Below, one piece after another: positions 38,124 through 49,645 of a stretch of DNA of 64,000 bases (the stretch's first letter is position 1; each line of letters starts with the position of its first letter). The notes beneath the pieces were generated by a model. That model did no database searches and was not told the DNA's origin. It worked only from the letters and a program-made list of their open reading frames with translations. The position numbers and the translations under genes are program-made. This DNA is from Octopus bimaculoides (lineage: Eukaryota), in assembly GCF_001194135.2 (NCBI RefSeq), contig NC_068993.1, forward strand, positions 45,097,431 to 45,161,430, in the 5' to 3' direction.

Positions 38124-40604
38124 GAGGACTACACAGTATTTGGTGTACCTTCCAACATTAATGATCCCATCCAGACATTAGAATCCCAAGGACTTACGCA
38201 GTTATATCCTGAAAACTGTAATCGAAAAAAGGAAATGAAGAAACTGAACCATTCCATTCTTGTGTGCTTTCTAGATTTGATAGACATACTTATTCAAAAT
38301 CCCAGCTCTTCAGACAGGAACGAAAAGCTGAATGACCTGCGTTTACTATTCATAAACCTCAATCACCTAATCAATGAAATCCGACCAAATCAAGCCCGGG
38401 AAGCATTACGAATGATGATGATGAAGCAAAAGTGTCAAACAGTTGAACTATTGAATGATCTTGAAAAAAAACTTGCTGAGGCCAAAGAATTGATAGCAAA
38501 AAGTATACAAAATCTGCAAGTTTCCAATCCAGATGATTGTGAAGCTTTTAAATTATCTGGTTTGTTAGAATCCGGGTCATGTAGATTGAATGAAAACATA
38601 GAAATGACTTCTGAGTGTTCTGTACAAGATTATACCATCAATACAATAGAATACTTAAATGAAGTTTGTAATTTTGGAAGAGAAGATTCTGTAATACAAT
38701 CTGAAGTGAAAATGGAAAACATTGACTGTAAAAGTAAAGTTTTAGCTGCCCAGGAAAGTAATAGGGACTTGGGTGCAACTGGAGGAAAGGCATGTTTTGA
38801 TTCTAAACTTTCAGTTAGAAATACTGCTGATGTGAAAATAGAGAATGAAGATATTTTAACCAATACTTGTGCTAACAAGAATCAGAAAGATATGGAATTC
38901 ACGGATAGTATGAAGGTTACAGCAGACTACATTGGACTTTCAAACAGCTTGCTTGCTGCTAAGAATGGTGTGCAGCTGGCTTTGTGTGAAGTCAAAGCCA
39001 TGTCAGAAGATCTAGACCTTTCAGAGTGTAAGCAAGGTGTTATAAATAATACTAATAAGACATGTATAGATGTGATAGAAAATGAAGAGTGCAATGTAAA
39101 ACTGGAGAGAAAAAGTAAAGATAGCTGTTCTGAAGATATTGGTTCTTCCCAAAGTGAATCTGTGGATGTGTGTTTCTCACAGAGTAAACAAGATGAAGAT
39201 GCACAATCTAAACAGGAAGCTGAAAGGGACAGTACACATGAGACTGGAGATGATTTACCACTCTTGCAGGGAGCTGAAAATGAAGTGTCACTCATTCATG
39301 TTAAGCAAGGGTGGGAAAGAGATGCGTCACTTGAGAGACAGGCTAAAGATGATGCGTCTCTTGTGCAAAGTGTTGGGGGTGATGTGTCACTTATGAAAAG
39401 TGAGCAAGGTGGTGAGAGCAATTTGCAAAGTAAACAAGGTGATGTGCTCTTCAGGCAAAATAAAAAAGAAGCTGAGGGTGACTCAAGACTTGTGTCACCA
39501 AACCGGAACTTGGAAGATGATACTCAATTTCTGCTGTATAAACAGGGAAGTGAAAGAGAGATGTTGCTTCAAGAGACATCAGATAACTTGGTTGCAATGG
39601 AGAGCAGAAAGCTGTTGGCCAGAGACACAAATATAGAGGAGAGCAAAGAGGAGATTTATGACAAAAATATTGGGGAAAACAAAGAGATTTATGATGACAA
39701 AAATATTGGGGAAAACAAAGAGATTTATGACAAAAATATTGGGGAAAACAAAGAGATTTATGATGACAAGAATATTGGGGAAAACAAAGAGACATATGAC
39801 AAGAATATTGGGGAAAACAAAGAGATTTATGATGACAAGAATATTGGGGAAAATAAGGAGGAAATTTATGACATAAATATTAGGGAAAGCAAAGAGGAAA
39901 TTTATGAAGATACAAATGTAAGGAAGAGCAAAGGAGAAATAACTGATGACACAAATATGGGAGAGAGCAAAGGGAGGGATTTTGGAACAAATGCTAAAGA
40001 GAGCAAAGAGGACATCCATGATGATACAAATATATGGGAGACCAAAGAGGTAACAAATATTGATGAAGGAGTAGTGGAGAGCAAGGAAGAGATGCCATGT
40101 GGCAAAATATTAATGACAAATCAAGAAGAGACGACAGGTGATATGAGTGCTACGAAGAATCAAGAAGAGACGGCTAATGACAGTAATGTAGTGGAAAGTC
40201 AAGAAGAGACTGCTTGTGTCACGAATGAAGTAGAGAGTCAGGAAGAGGCTGATTGTGATGCAAATGAGGTGGAAAACCAAGAAACAGCTTACAACATAAA
40301 TGCAGAGAGTCAAAAAGAGATGGATAGTAGTGTGAGAGGATTGGAGAGCCAAGATGAGAGGGGTGATGGCAGAGGCATAACGGAGAGCAAGAAAGAGTGG
40401 GAGGGTAATATAAATGTGGCAGGGAGCCAAGAGGAAATGGCCGGCAATGCCAGAATAATGGAAAGCCAAGTGCCATCGAAAAGTAACAAAACTACTGATG
40501 ATGATCCTGACAATGTAAGTACCTTGCAGGGTAAACGGAAACATGATGATGATGTGGGTCATGAAGAAATGAAGAAAAAATTGGAAGATAACTTTTCAAA
40601 TTAA
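38124..40604 (+). CDS. MED7: Mediator subunit 7-like, coding exon 2: MED7 core plus ~690-aa acidic repeat-rich extension (863 aa in total)
   Basis: The poly-T tgcag acceptor at 38123 is in phase 0 with exon 1. EDYTVFG...LESQG...KKEMKKLNHSILVCFLDLIDIL...EKLNDLRLLF...HLINEIRPNQAREALRMMM matches the MED7 family. The frame stays open to TAA at 40602-40604. Confidence 0.85.
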   Translation, partial: EDYTVFGVPSNINDPIQTLESQGLTQLYPENCNRKKEMKKLNHSILVCFLDLIDILIQNPSSSDRNEKLNDLRLLFINLNHLINEIRPNQAREALRMMMMKQKCQTVELLNDLEKKLAEAKELIAKSIQNLQVSNPDDCEAFKLSGLLESGSCRLNENIEMTSECSVQDYTINTIEYLNEVCNFGREDSVIQSEVKMENIDCKSKVLAAQESNRDLGATGGKACFDSKLSVRNTADVKIENEDILTNTCANKNQKDMEFTDSMKVTADYIGLSNSLLAAKNGVQLALCEVKAMSEDLDLSECKQGVINNTNKTCIDVIENEECNVKLERKSKDSCSEDIGSSQSESVDVCFSQSKQDEDAQSKQEAERDSTHETGDDLPLLQGAENEVSLIHVKQGWERDASLERQAKDDASLVQSVGGDVSLMKSEQGGESNLQSKQGDVLFRQNKKEAEGDSRLVSPNRNLEDDTQFLLYKQGSEREMLLQETSDNLVAMESRKLLARDTNIEESKEEIYDKNIGENKEIYDDKNIGENKEIYDKNIGENKEIYDDKNIGENKETYDKNIGENKEIYDDKNIGENKEEIYDINIRESKEEIYEDTNVRKSKGEITDDTNMGESKGRDFGTNAKESKEDIHDDTNIWETKEVTNIDEGVVESKEEMPCGKILMTNQEETTGDMSATKNQEETANDSNVVESQEETACVTNEVESQEEADCDANEVENQETAYNINAESQKEMDSSVRGLESQDERGDGRGITESKKEWEGNINVAGSQEEMAGNARIMESQVPSKSNKTTDDDPDNVSTLQGKRKHDDDVGHEEMKKKLEDNFSN
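39651..39857 (+). repeat. Coding higher-order tandem repeat (33/36-nt alternation, 3 x 69 nt) in the MED7-like exon 2
   Basis: Units start at 39651, 39684, 39720, 39753, 39789 and 39822; they encode EIY(D)DKNIGENK. Confidence 0.95.
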
Positions 40605-43600
40605 GTAAAAGACTAAAGAACTTGAAACTTGGGTATTAATATGCACAATTCTGAGAAAGACTTGGTGCAGGTTATGCACAATTCAGAAAAATTGATACTA
40701 GTATAAAAAATTTTAAAGTGACATAATGAGGGTTTTGCATGTACAAATCCAAAAATTTTGATGATGTATGCACAATTCTAAAATGGACTCAATGCAAGTT
40801 ACTGACAATATCAAAGAAAGAAAAGGACTTGATGTGCAAAATTCTGAAACAGTTGATGCAGTTTATGTCCAGTTCTGTGAGACTTGCACAGTAATTCCAA
40901 AATGATCTTGATGCTCATGCAAGTTATGCACAAATAAAAGAAATTCTTGATGCAAGTTATTTACAATTCTGAAGATGAATTGCAGTTCATGCATACTATG
41001 CACAATTCCAGAAAGGATTTAAGTGTCTGTAAAGTTTATACATAATTCTGAAAAGGACTAGGTAGTAGTAGTACTAGTATAGATTTCATGCACGAGGCTG
41101 AATATAATTTTAATTAACAAAACTACAGGAACATGCAATAGACCAAAAGTGACAGATAAAAGTGTAATTGTGTGAAAATTGGTAAATTACTAAGAATGTT
41201 GCATTTAACTGGCTGCAAGAAATGTATAAGTTGTGGCAAAGTATGAAGAATTATTTTTTTTGATATGGAAAAGGAATTCCATATCATATATTTCCCAGGC
41301 TCTTCTTTATCAACTGAGACCATTCCAACTGAAACTCAAACTCTATTTTATATTTATCAACACTGCTGCACTGCCAAAGATAATGTTTTTGGTTTTGCTT
41401 GTGCTTTTGTTTCTGACAGTACTATCTGTTCATTACAACTGTAAAATGACCACCTCAACTAAACACCCTCCCCCACACCACATCTCTGTTGATTCACCAA
41501 GAAGTGATAAATTACAGAACTCTACATAATTGTAGATTGTTCTTAAATACATTATAACTGAAAGGTTCATAATTCCAAAACTCCTAGTTACATATTTCTG
41601 ATCATCCAGCTGGCAATCTGATCCCCTTTTACTTTGAATATATTTTGAAATCTATGAAGGATTTGCCTGTCTTTGTTCTTTAAAAAACAGAAAACAAAAC
41701 AAACTTTGTGAGTGACATGCTAAGACAGCTGTTGTGAGAATATTCCAAACATCTTCAATTTCATACAGGCAATGTCACTAACTTTTCTCATCAAACAGTA
41801 GTTTAATATTTTGAAGTAATATTTTAAAAATCAATGTATGCATGCTTACATGTATGTGTGGTTTGCATATGCCTAATATACAAATCTCTTTTGTTCAAAC
41901 CATGACTGCTTGGAACCAAAATTCTTAATTTTTTTACTCAAAGGTCACACTGCATTTTTGATTTGAAGTTACCATTCCCATATGGTTGTGCCTTATCTAC
42001 TATCAACCTCGTAGTTTTGAATTTGTGAAAGTTTGTCTCCTGCAAGAATTATATAAATTTTGACAAAGCTGTAGTGCATTTTATTACTTTTTTTTAAAAT
42101 TTTAGCTAAGAATGACAAATGTTTATGTTTATAAATTCAATTTTTAAATGTTAATTCAGTTTTTGTTTCTTCTTTAACACTACATCATTAACTTTGCCCA
42201 AGTTACCATCTAGTGGATAGTTCTCATAAATTCTATAATAGCCAGCTGTTTTATTCTCTTTTTCATTCAGCTTTGCAGCATTACAAACTCTGATATAACA
42301 GTCAACATTCTTACAAGCTGAATAACTGAACTTAACAGTTCCTATTTGATAACTTGCTATATTTATGCTCTGGTGGGAAATGTCAATTTTGAGTTCATAA
42401 TCACATTAATATCTGACTCACTGTTATCAGTGTTTGCTTTCATAAAATCTAAAGCCTACATCACTGAAGTTTTGGTTATTGAGGGATAAAAGTCAGCTAT
42501 ATTGAAATGTGTGTATTTACAGATTTTGTTCTCATTTATCTAGCAATGTTATCCCAGTTCTTAAATGTTACCCCATAACCTTAATGAGGAAGCTTCTTTT
42601 ACTTTGAAAATGATTTTTTTCTTTTTTTTTTTTGCTATCTACACCTAACTCTGGCTTTGCTGGATAAATTAATTTACACCTAGAGTTACTTTCGAAGTTT
42701 ACTTTATGGTTCTAAAGTATTATAAAAGGGGATTAGGGTGCCAAGCATTCTACCCTATTATCCCTCTTTAGCTTTGCTGATAACTCTTTGAGTTCTAGTT
42801 TTGTAAACTTCCTCTCTAGATATTTTTAATTCTATTGTATCATTTGATGAAAGCATTTTATATGTCTCTTTTTGTTGTACCTTGTACCAGAAGAAACATG
42901 CAACTTATCTGATTTGTGTAGATATTTTTATCTAGTTTCAGTCATTAGACTGGCCATGCTGGGGCACTACCTTGAAGAATTTTAGTTGAACAAATTGACA
43001 CCAGTACTTAGAATAAGTACCAGGCTTTACAAAAACTATCAGTTTGTTTTGCCAAACCACTAAGTTATAGGGACATAAACACACGAACACCGGTTAAGGA
43101 GTGGTGGGGAACAAACATATACAAAGGCACACACATAACGGGCTTCTTTCAGTTTCCATCTACCAAATTCACTTGCAAGGCTACGATTGGCTTGAGGATA
43201 TAGTAGCAGACACTAGCCCAAGGTGCCATGTAGTGGGACTGAAGCCAGAACTACGTGGTAGGAAAGAAAGCAGACTTACCATACAGCCACACCCATGAAC
43301 ATCAAATGTTCATTCAACTTCTTCTGGAAGTTAATGCACACATTATGGCATGTGATTCTTTTGTAAGATGTTGAAAAAAATCTTCAGATCTTAAAATGTT
43401 TATGCAGTGAATTCTTGCAAGTTCTGGAGCCAAGTATTTTTGTTGTTATAACATCCAGGTTATCCGCTATTTTTTTTGTGGAAAATAAATTCCAGTGCAA
43501 ATTGTAAAAGAGAGTGATGTCTAGCATTTGTCTCTTCTAGTGTTTCTGCTATTGTCCAGACCTCATTACAATAGAATGGAGTTGTTCCAGTGTCTGGAAT

Positions 43601-44505
43601 TTGCTACTATAGAATAGAACAGTTTCAATGCAAGCTGGGAAAAACAGCAACTTAACATGTTAACTGCCACATGTACCACCAATGGTTCATTACAAGCTTC
43701 ATACAACTACAATATGTTGTACACTTTCATGATTTGAGAAAATATTTTAATCTATATCTTTAACAAAGTTTTGAGGATATTCAAATAACATGAATGTTAA
43801 GTATTAAAGTGTAACCCTTTAGCATTCAGATTAGGTTAGGGTACTTGATTCCATGCAAAAAAAATCAGTTTTTTTTTTCTTGTTGAAAATCGTGTGGGTG
43901 TACTTCCCAGGGGGAAGGAGAAATTTTTGAGGGTCTCACCCAACCCTGTTCTCCGGACCCAAAAAAGGGTTTTGTGGCATATTAGGTCACTGTAATTCAT
44001 TCAACGAAAAAAACAAAACATGATTCTGGGATGGAGAAAAAAAAGGGGTTTGCGCAAAAATAAGAGGTCTGAACAAAAATAAGGGGTTTGCGCCATATTA
44101 GGTCAGGGTACTTGATTCCACGCAAAAAATCCGAGTTTTTGGTTTTTTCTTTGTGAAATTCGTGCGGGTGAAAGTATAGAAATTAACCCACATATTTAGT
44201 TATGTCTCGGGAATAATTACAGATGTGAGTTTCGTTGATTTTGTTTCCTCATAACTTTCTGAAAAATACATATTATTTTTAAATAAAACTTTCTAGTGAT
44301 ACATTTCAGGTGTAGATTAGGGTTATATCATAATTTATTGTGCAAATTATTTCAGAGGGATGTCAAATCTCACCATTGCACATTGTCGTCCTCGGTTTCA
44401 TTTGCTATCTCTAAGAACCCCTGCTCTTAACTATTTCACCCACCTATTGTCACTCATCTTCTTGGACGCATCCATCCCAACAATTTGATTGTCATTTACT
44501 TTGAT

Positions 44506-44696
44506 GGTAATTTTTTAGATTAACACCCGCACGATTACCTAACCCTAACACCCTAATCCTAACCTTAACCTTAAAACCCTGACCCTAAAACCGTAACCGT
44601 AACCCTAATCCTAACACTACCTCTAAACCCTAACTCTGACCCTAAAACCCTAACACCCTAGTGAAAATCGTACGGGTGTTAATCTGAAAAATTACC
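44506..44696. mobile_element. Merlin-like MITE with a degenerate (CCCTAA)n interior
   Basis: 31-bp TIRs starting GG (44506-44536 / 44666-44696, two mismatches) and a perfect 8-bp TSD ACTTTGAT. The interior is a degenerate telomere-type repeat. Confidence 0.75.
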
Positions 44697-45324
44697 ACTT
44701 TGATATCAGATCTAGCCACCGGGTTAAACAACAATAGTATTTTTAGGGTTAACAACGTCTTTTAGTTGGGGAATCAAGTTTGAGCGTACGCTTAACAACA
44801 GGAAGCTGTATAGCACTCTCTTCTGATTAGAGGTAAGTTCTTTCTTACGATCAATGACATTTCCGGTAAACTGAAAAATAAACATTGCAGTTGTCAAAAT
44901 TTTCTGTTTACATTCATTTACACAATGTTACAAATAACTAATGAACTACTGTAAGTAATTTATAAGATTGTATACCAAATAGAAGAAAATAGAGATATTC
45001 TGTAAGAAATAGTTGGGAGCTCTGCTCAATCTATCCCTTTCTTTATTAATTCCAAGCCCTTCTTGAGTACATCATTATTACATTTAATAATCGCATCGTT
45101 AAGTAAGTATTATCCACGTATTTTACAGATTTCGGCAATTCTTCTTTATTAACTGGCAAGCGGTCTTTCAGAAAAAAACCCTTTACAAATAAATCGTAGT
45201 TTCTCAGTTTCTTTCAGAATTTTTCTACATTTTATAGTATCCTACATTTCAAAACATCGAGGGGCGGGGCAGAAGATATAAAAAGTAAAAAGAAATGTTT
45301 TTCAAAATCTGTCTATCCTCTCCG

Positions 45325-45361
<37 letters not shown>

Positions 45362-45809
45362 TTTGTTAGTTGGGTGGATTTTTCTACAAATTTTAGTATC
45401 CNNNNNNNNNNNNNNNNNNNNNNNNNNNNNNNNNNNNNNNNNNNNNNNNNNNNNNNNNNNNNNNNNNNNNNNNNNNNNNNNNNNNNNNNNNNNNNNNNNN
45501 NNNNNNNNNNNNNNNNNNNNNNNNNNNNNNNNNNNNNNNNNNNNNNNNNNNNNNNNNNNNNNNNNNNNNNNNNNNNNNNNNNNNNNNNNNNNNNNNNNNN
45601 NNNNNNNNNNNNNNNNNNNNNNNNNNNNNNNNNNNNNNNNNNNNNNNNNNNNNNNNNNNNNNNNNNNNNNNNNNNNNNNNNNNNNNNNNNNNNNNNNNNN
45701 NNNNNNNNNNNNNNAATGAATTCTTTTTATATTGTGAATTTTTTTCATTGTTGCCATTTTGTAAAATATATTTTTCTATAGGGTGTTGGTGGGGCAGAAT
45801 GAGGAATTC

Positions 45810-46037
45810 GACGAGCTGGCAGAGACGTTAGCACGCCGGGCGAAATACTTAGCTGTATTTCGTCTGCCGCTACATTCTGAGTTCAAATTCCGCCGAGGTC
45901 GACTTTGCCTTTCATCCTTTCGGGGTCGATTAAATAAGTACCAGTTACGCACTGGAGTCGATATCATCGACTTAATCCGTTTGTCTGACCTTCTTTGTCC
46001 CCTCTGTGTGTAGCCCCTTGTGGGCAGTAAAGAAATA
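45810..46037 (+). mobile_element. tRNA-derived SINE family A, young copy
   Basis: 14-bp TSD AGAATGAGGAATTC (45796-45809; 46038-46051); highly similar to 7532-7772. Confidence 0.85.
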
Positions 46038-48428
46038 AGAATGAGGAATTCTTGGCTAAGAGAAAAAACAAAATTTTCAAATGTTCATTGCTTTACGAAA
46101 ACTGTATCAGCTAAGAAAATGACTCCTAGATGCATCAAAATCACTATAACATATTCAGAACACTGTTTCAGAAAATTATCACCTTTCTCTTTGAGTATAT
46201 ATATAAAAGACAAGTTTAGTTGGGTCAAAATGAGTAAGACAAGAAACAATAAATTTGCCTCTCCAATTCTCCAGAAGTTACGTTTGAAAAAAGTCTTATA
46301 CACATCAATATCCATCCTTAGACATCAGAAATGCAACAAAAATTTAAAATATCTTGGTCAAATGGAAGAGGATCAGGAAAAAATGGCTTTGGGTAAAAAA
46401 AAAAGAAAAAAAATACAGGAAGATAAGTTAATTATTTTATTCAACATATTCCCCTCTGATTCACACACTTATTGCAGCTCTCCTTCAGTTTTTCTAAGCC
46501 CTGTAAAAGAACTTGGAACGTTGGGATTCCGACCAGGCCTTTTGCGATACCCTTAAAGCCGGGAACATCAACTATGGGTCTTTACTCCTTTAATGATTCA
46601 AAGTGGGAAATTCATCATTTATCTGTAATTTCACAAAGATTCGTTGTAGAGCCTTATATTTAGAGTCAATAGTTTTATAAATGTTCTTTCAAAGTAGCTT
46701 ACATTAATTTTTTTTTTCATGTGGAAACTCTTATTTATTAGCATATTTAACTCTTTAACATTCAGATTACTCTGTCAAATGCTAATTTATCCACATTTAT
46801 TAAAATCAGTCAAATAGTATCGTGTAGCTTCAAGATTTTGATGATGTGATTGTTTATTTTTAGAATGACATTGTAGGGTATGTGTGAGAGGCTGCAAACT
46901 TGACCAGACTACATCCATAAGCTTTCAGTTCAACAGTTAACCATGTATTATGCATCATTGATCTATATCAAGCCTTATGCTAAAAAGGTTTGCAATTAAT
47001 TCAGAATAGCCTAATGAGAATGAATGTTTAGATTTAGATTGTACCAAGAAGGGCAAGAGAGTTTATGTAATGAGGTAATAAGCCTAAACTTTTGACCAAA
47101 AGCTAGAATTTAGCATGATCATGGTTATTGTAGATAGTATTTTTGATGTTCCATTGATCTTGCTGATTATTGAAGAAATAATGATTCATAGAAATGTTTC
47201 TTCAGGCCTACATAGATTTTATTTGATATTTGTATGTGTCTCTGAATCTCCTCAGCAAAATTTCATTTTATTCAACTGTTATCCTCCCCCTTCTCTTTCT
47301 CACACACACAAAACCCATCAAAAAAACCCCCAAATATGTACATTTACCTGTAGCACTTGATAGTTAGTTTTGGGCTGTCTGTAAGAGACCATCCCACCAC
47401 ACTTAGGCAATGGCAAGACATTGATCAAAGAAACCTTTAATTTTGCAGTTTTTTTTTTCATAAATGAACTTTGAAGCTCTCTCATCATCATCATCATCAT
47501 TTAACGTCTGCTTTCCATGCTAGCATGGGTTGGACGATTTGACTGGGGACTGGTGAAATGGATGGCTACACCAGACTCCAATCTGATCTGGCAGAGTTTC
47601 TACAGCTGGATGCCCTTCCTGACGCCAACCACTCCAAGAGTGTAAGTGGGTGCTTTTTATGTGCCACCGGCACGAGGGCCAGTCTGGCAGTATTGGCAAC
47701 GGCCACACTCAAATGTTGTTTTTATGTGCCACCTGCACAGGAGTCAGCCAATGTTTTGTTCACATGCCACCGGCACAAGTGCCAGTAAGGCGAAGCTGGA
47801 AACGATCGCGCTCAAATGGTGCTTTTTACGTGCCACTGGCATGGGAGCGAGACCGCTGCTCTGGCAGTGATCCCACTCGGATGGTGCTGTTAGCGCTCCA
47901 CTGGTACCAAATAAAATTTCTTTCTACTATAGGCACAAGGCCTGAAATTTTTTGGGGAAGGGCTAGGCAATTACATCTGATCTCAGTGTTTGACTGCTAC
48001 TTATTTTATCAATCCCTGAAAGGATGAAAATAAAAGTTGACTTTGGTGCTACTTAAACTTGGAACATAAAGCTGCTGAGCATTTTGTCCAGTGCAGTAAT
48101 GATCCTGCAAGCTCGCAGTCTTAATAATCAAGATAATAATGAACACAGAAGACGTTCATATGTCACAAAGGACAATTTATTCTGGCAGTTGTATGTGTTA
48201 ACTGCATATGAATGATATGTATTGTGTGTACCATGCAACTCTGCTTACCCTATCTGCCTTCATGTGTGTCTAAATCATTTCAGTAGCCAGTAATCGGATG
48301 AAATAATTTATTATTGGCACACACGTTTCTTTGCTGAGTGAAAATAAATACAAATTATTTGCCAGGACTAACAAAAATTCATCCATTTAATCCTGAAATG
48401 TTATTCTCCTGATTGAATTTTAGAAATC

Positions 48429-48734
48429 ATGGAAGAGACCAGTCACAAGAAAGCTATGACTCCAGCTGAGAGAAAACGCCTTCAACGACAGCGCCAAAAA
48501 GCAAAAGATCCAGACTTTCAGAAAAAGGAAAACGAACGATTGCGCTTGTTAAGGAATGGAAACAGAGCCATGATGAGCCCATCTGAGCTGCAGGAACAAA
48601 GGAAAAAAGATCGGGTTAGGCAGCATGCTTGCAGAGACAAAAAGAAACGTGTGGCTATTGAGAAGAAGGAAGCATCAACACCAAAATCAAAAGTAAAGGG
48701 ATATGGCACACTACACTCAAATGGTTGTAGTTAG
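48429..48734 (+). other. Short basic coiled-coil ORF, possibly the N-terminus of a Sola2-like DNA transposase
   Basis: AMTPAERKRLQRQRQKAKDPDFQKKENERLR...RKKDRVRQ resembles transposase N-termini. It is followed by GTGACATATGTGAC-type motifs. No catalytic domain is seen. Confidence 0.35.
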
Positions 48735-49321
48735 TGACATTTTCTTGTCCATGAGCTTTTCAGGTTCGTCACGTACGTCACGTGACATATGTGACATTTT
48801 TTTGTGCCCCAGAAAATTTTGGCCAGATCCCTCGACAACGTTTTTCCCCTATAAATCATCCTGGTACACTTCTAACTGACAATATTTAATTATATCAAAT
48901 TTGTTCACCTGCTGCTGGGAAGAAAAAAAAAAAAAAGATATGCCCAGAATGTGATGCATATGACGTTGGCTATGCTACATTTTGCAAAGCACTTTCAAAA
49001 TGCTTCCAAAAATGAGTTTGTAAATAATACATGCTTTTTCTCTTAAACTTCATGCATTAAAGCAGGTGAAGTATGTGCATGAATAAATAATACCTTGATG
49101 TTTGCAATATTTTTTAACATTTTCAAGACAAATATTTTCGATATCATCCAAATTGTGTAGATTTGGAAGTAATTGCCTCAGTATCAATGTTTAGTCAAAA
49201 ATGCACCATTTCAACATAGCTTTGCAGGCAGGTCTATAGGGATTTCTAAGAATTTTTGAAAATCTGTTTTGGTTTAACTTCCATTTAATTGGCCCATTGT
49301 GTTTTTAACACCGTATATCCA

Positions 49322-49645
49322 TAGGGTGCATGGCTCAGTGGTTAGAGCGTTGAGCTTACGATCGTGAGGTGGTGAGTTCGAATCCCGGACCAGGCTGTAT
49401 GTTGTGTTCTTGAGCAAGACACTTTATTTCACGTTGCTCCAGTTCACTCTGCTGTAGAAATGAGTTGCAACATCACAGGTGCCAAGCTGTATCGGCCTTT
49501 GCCTTTCCCTTGGCGTGGAGAGGGGAGGCTGGTATGCATGGGTGACTGCTGGTCTTCCATAAATAACCTTGCCCAGACTTGTGCCTGGGAGGGTAACTTT
49601 CTAAGTGCAATCCCATGTTCAGCCATGACCGAAGGGGGTCTCAGC
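49322..49645 (+). mobile_element. tRNA-derived SINE family E (second copy at ~15585-15912, minus strand)
   Basis: Head GGGTGCATGGCTCAGTGGTTAGAGCG...GTTCGAATCCC followed by a non-tRNA body shared with the 15.6-kb copy. Confidence 0.8.

Noticed and set aside
38630-40562. Several antisense and alternative-frame ORFs over the MED7 exon
   Set aside because: They are shadows of the repetitive, purine-biased sense ORF.
49322-49395. tRNA-like sequences (also 19127-19198, 54870-54944, 18610-18680)
   Set aside because: The acceptor and anticodon stems pair poorly and each continues into a multi-copy SINE body, so they are SINE heads rather than tRNA genes.
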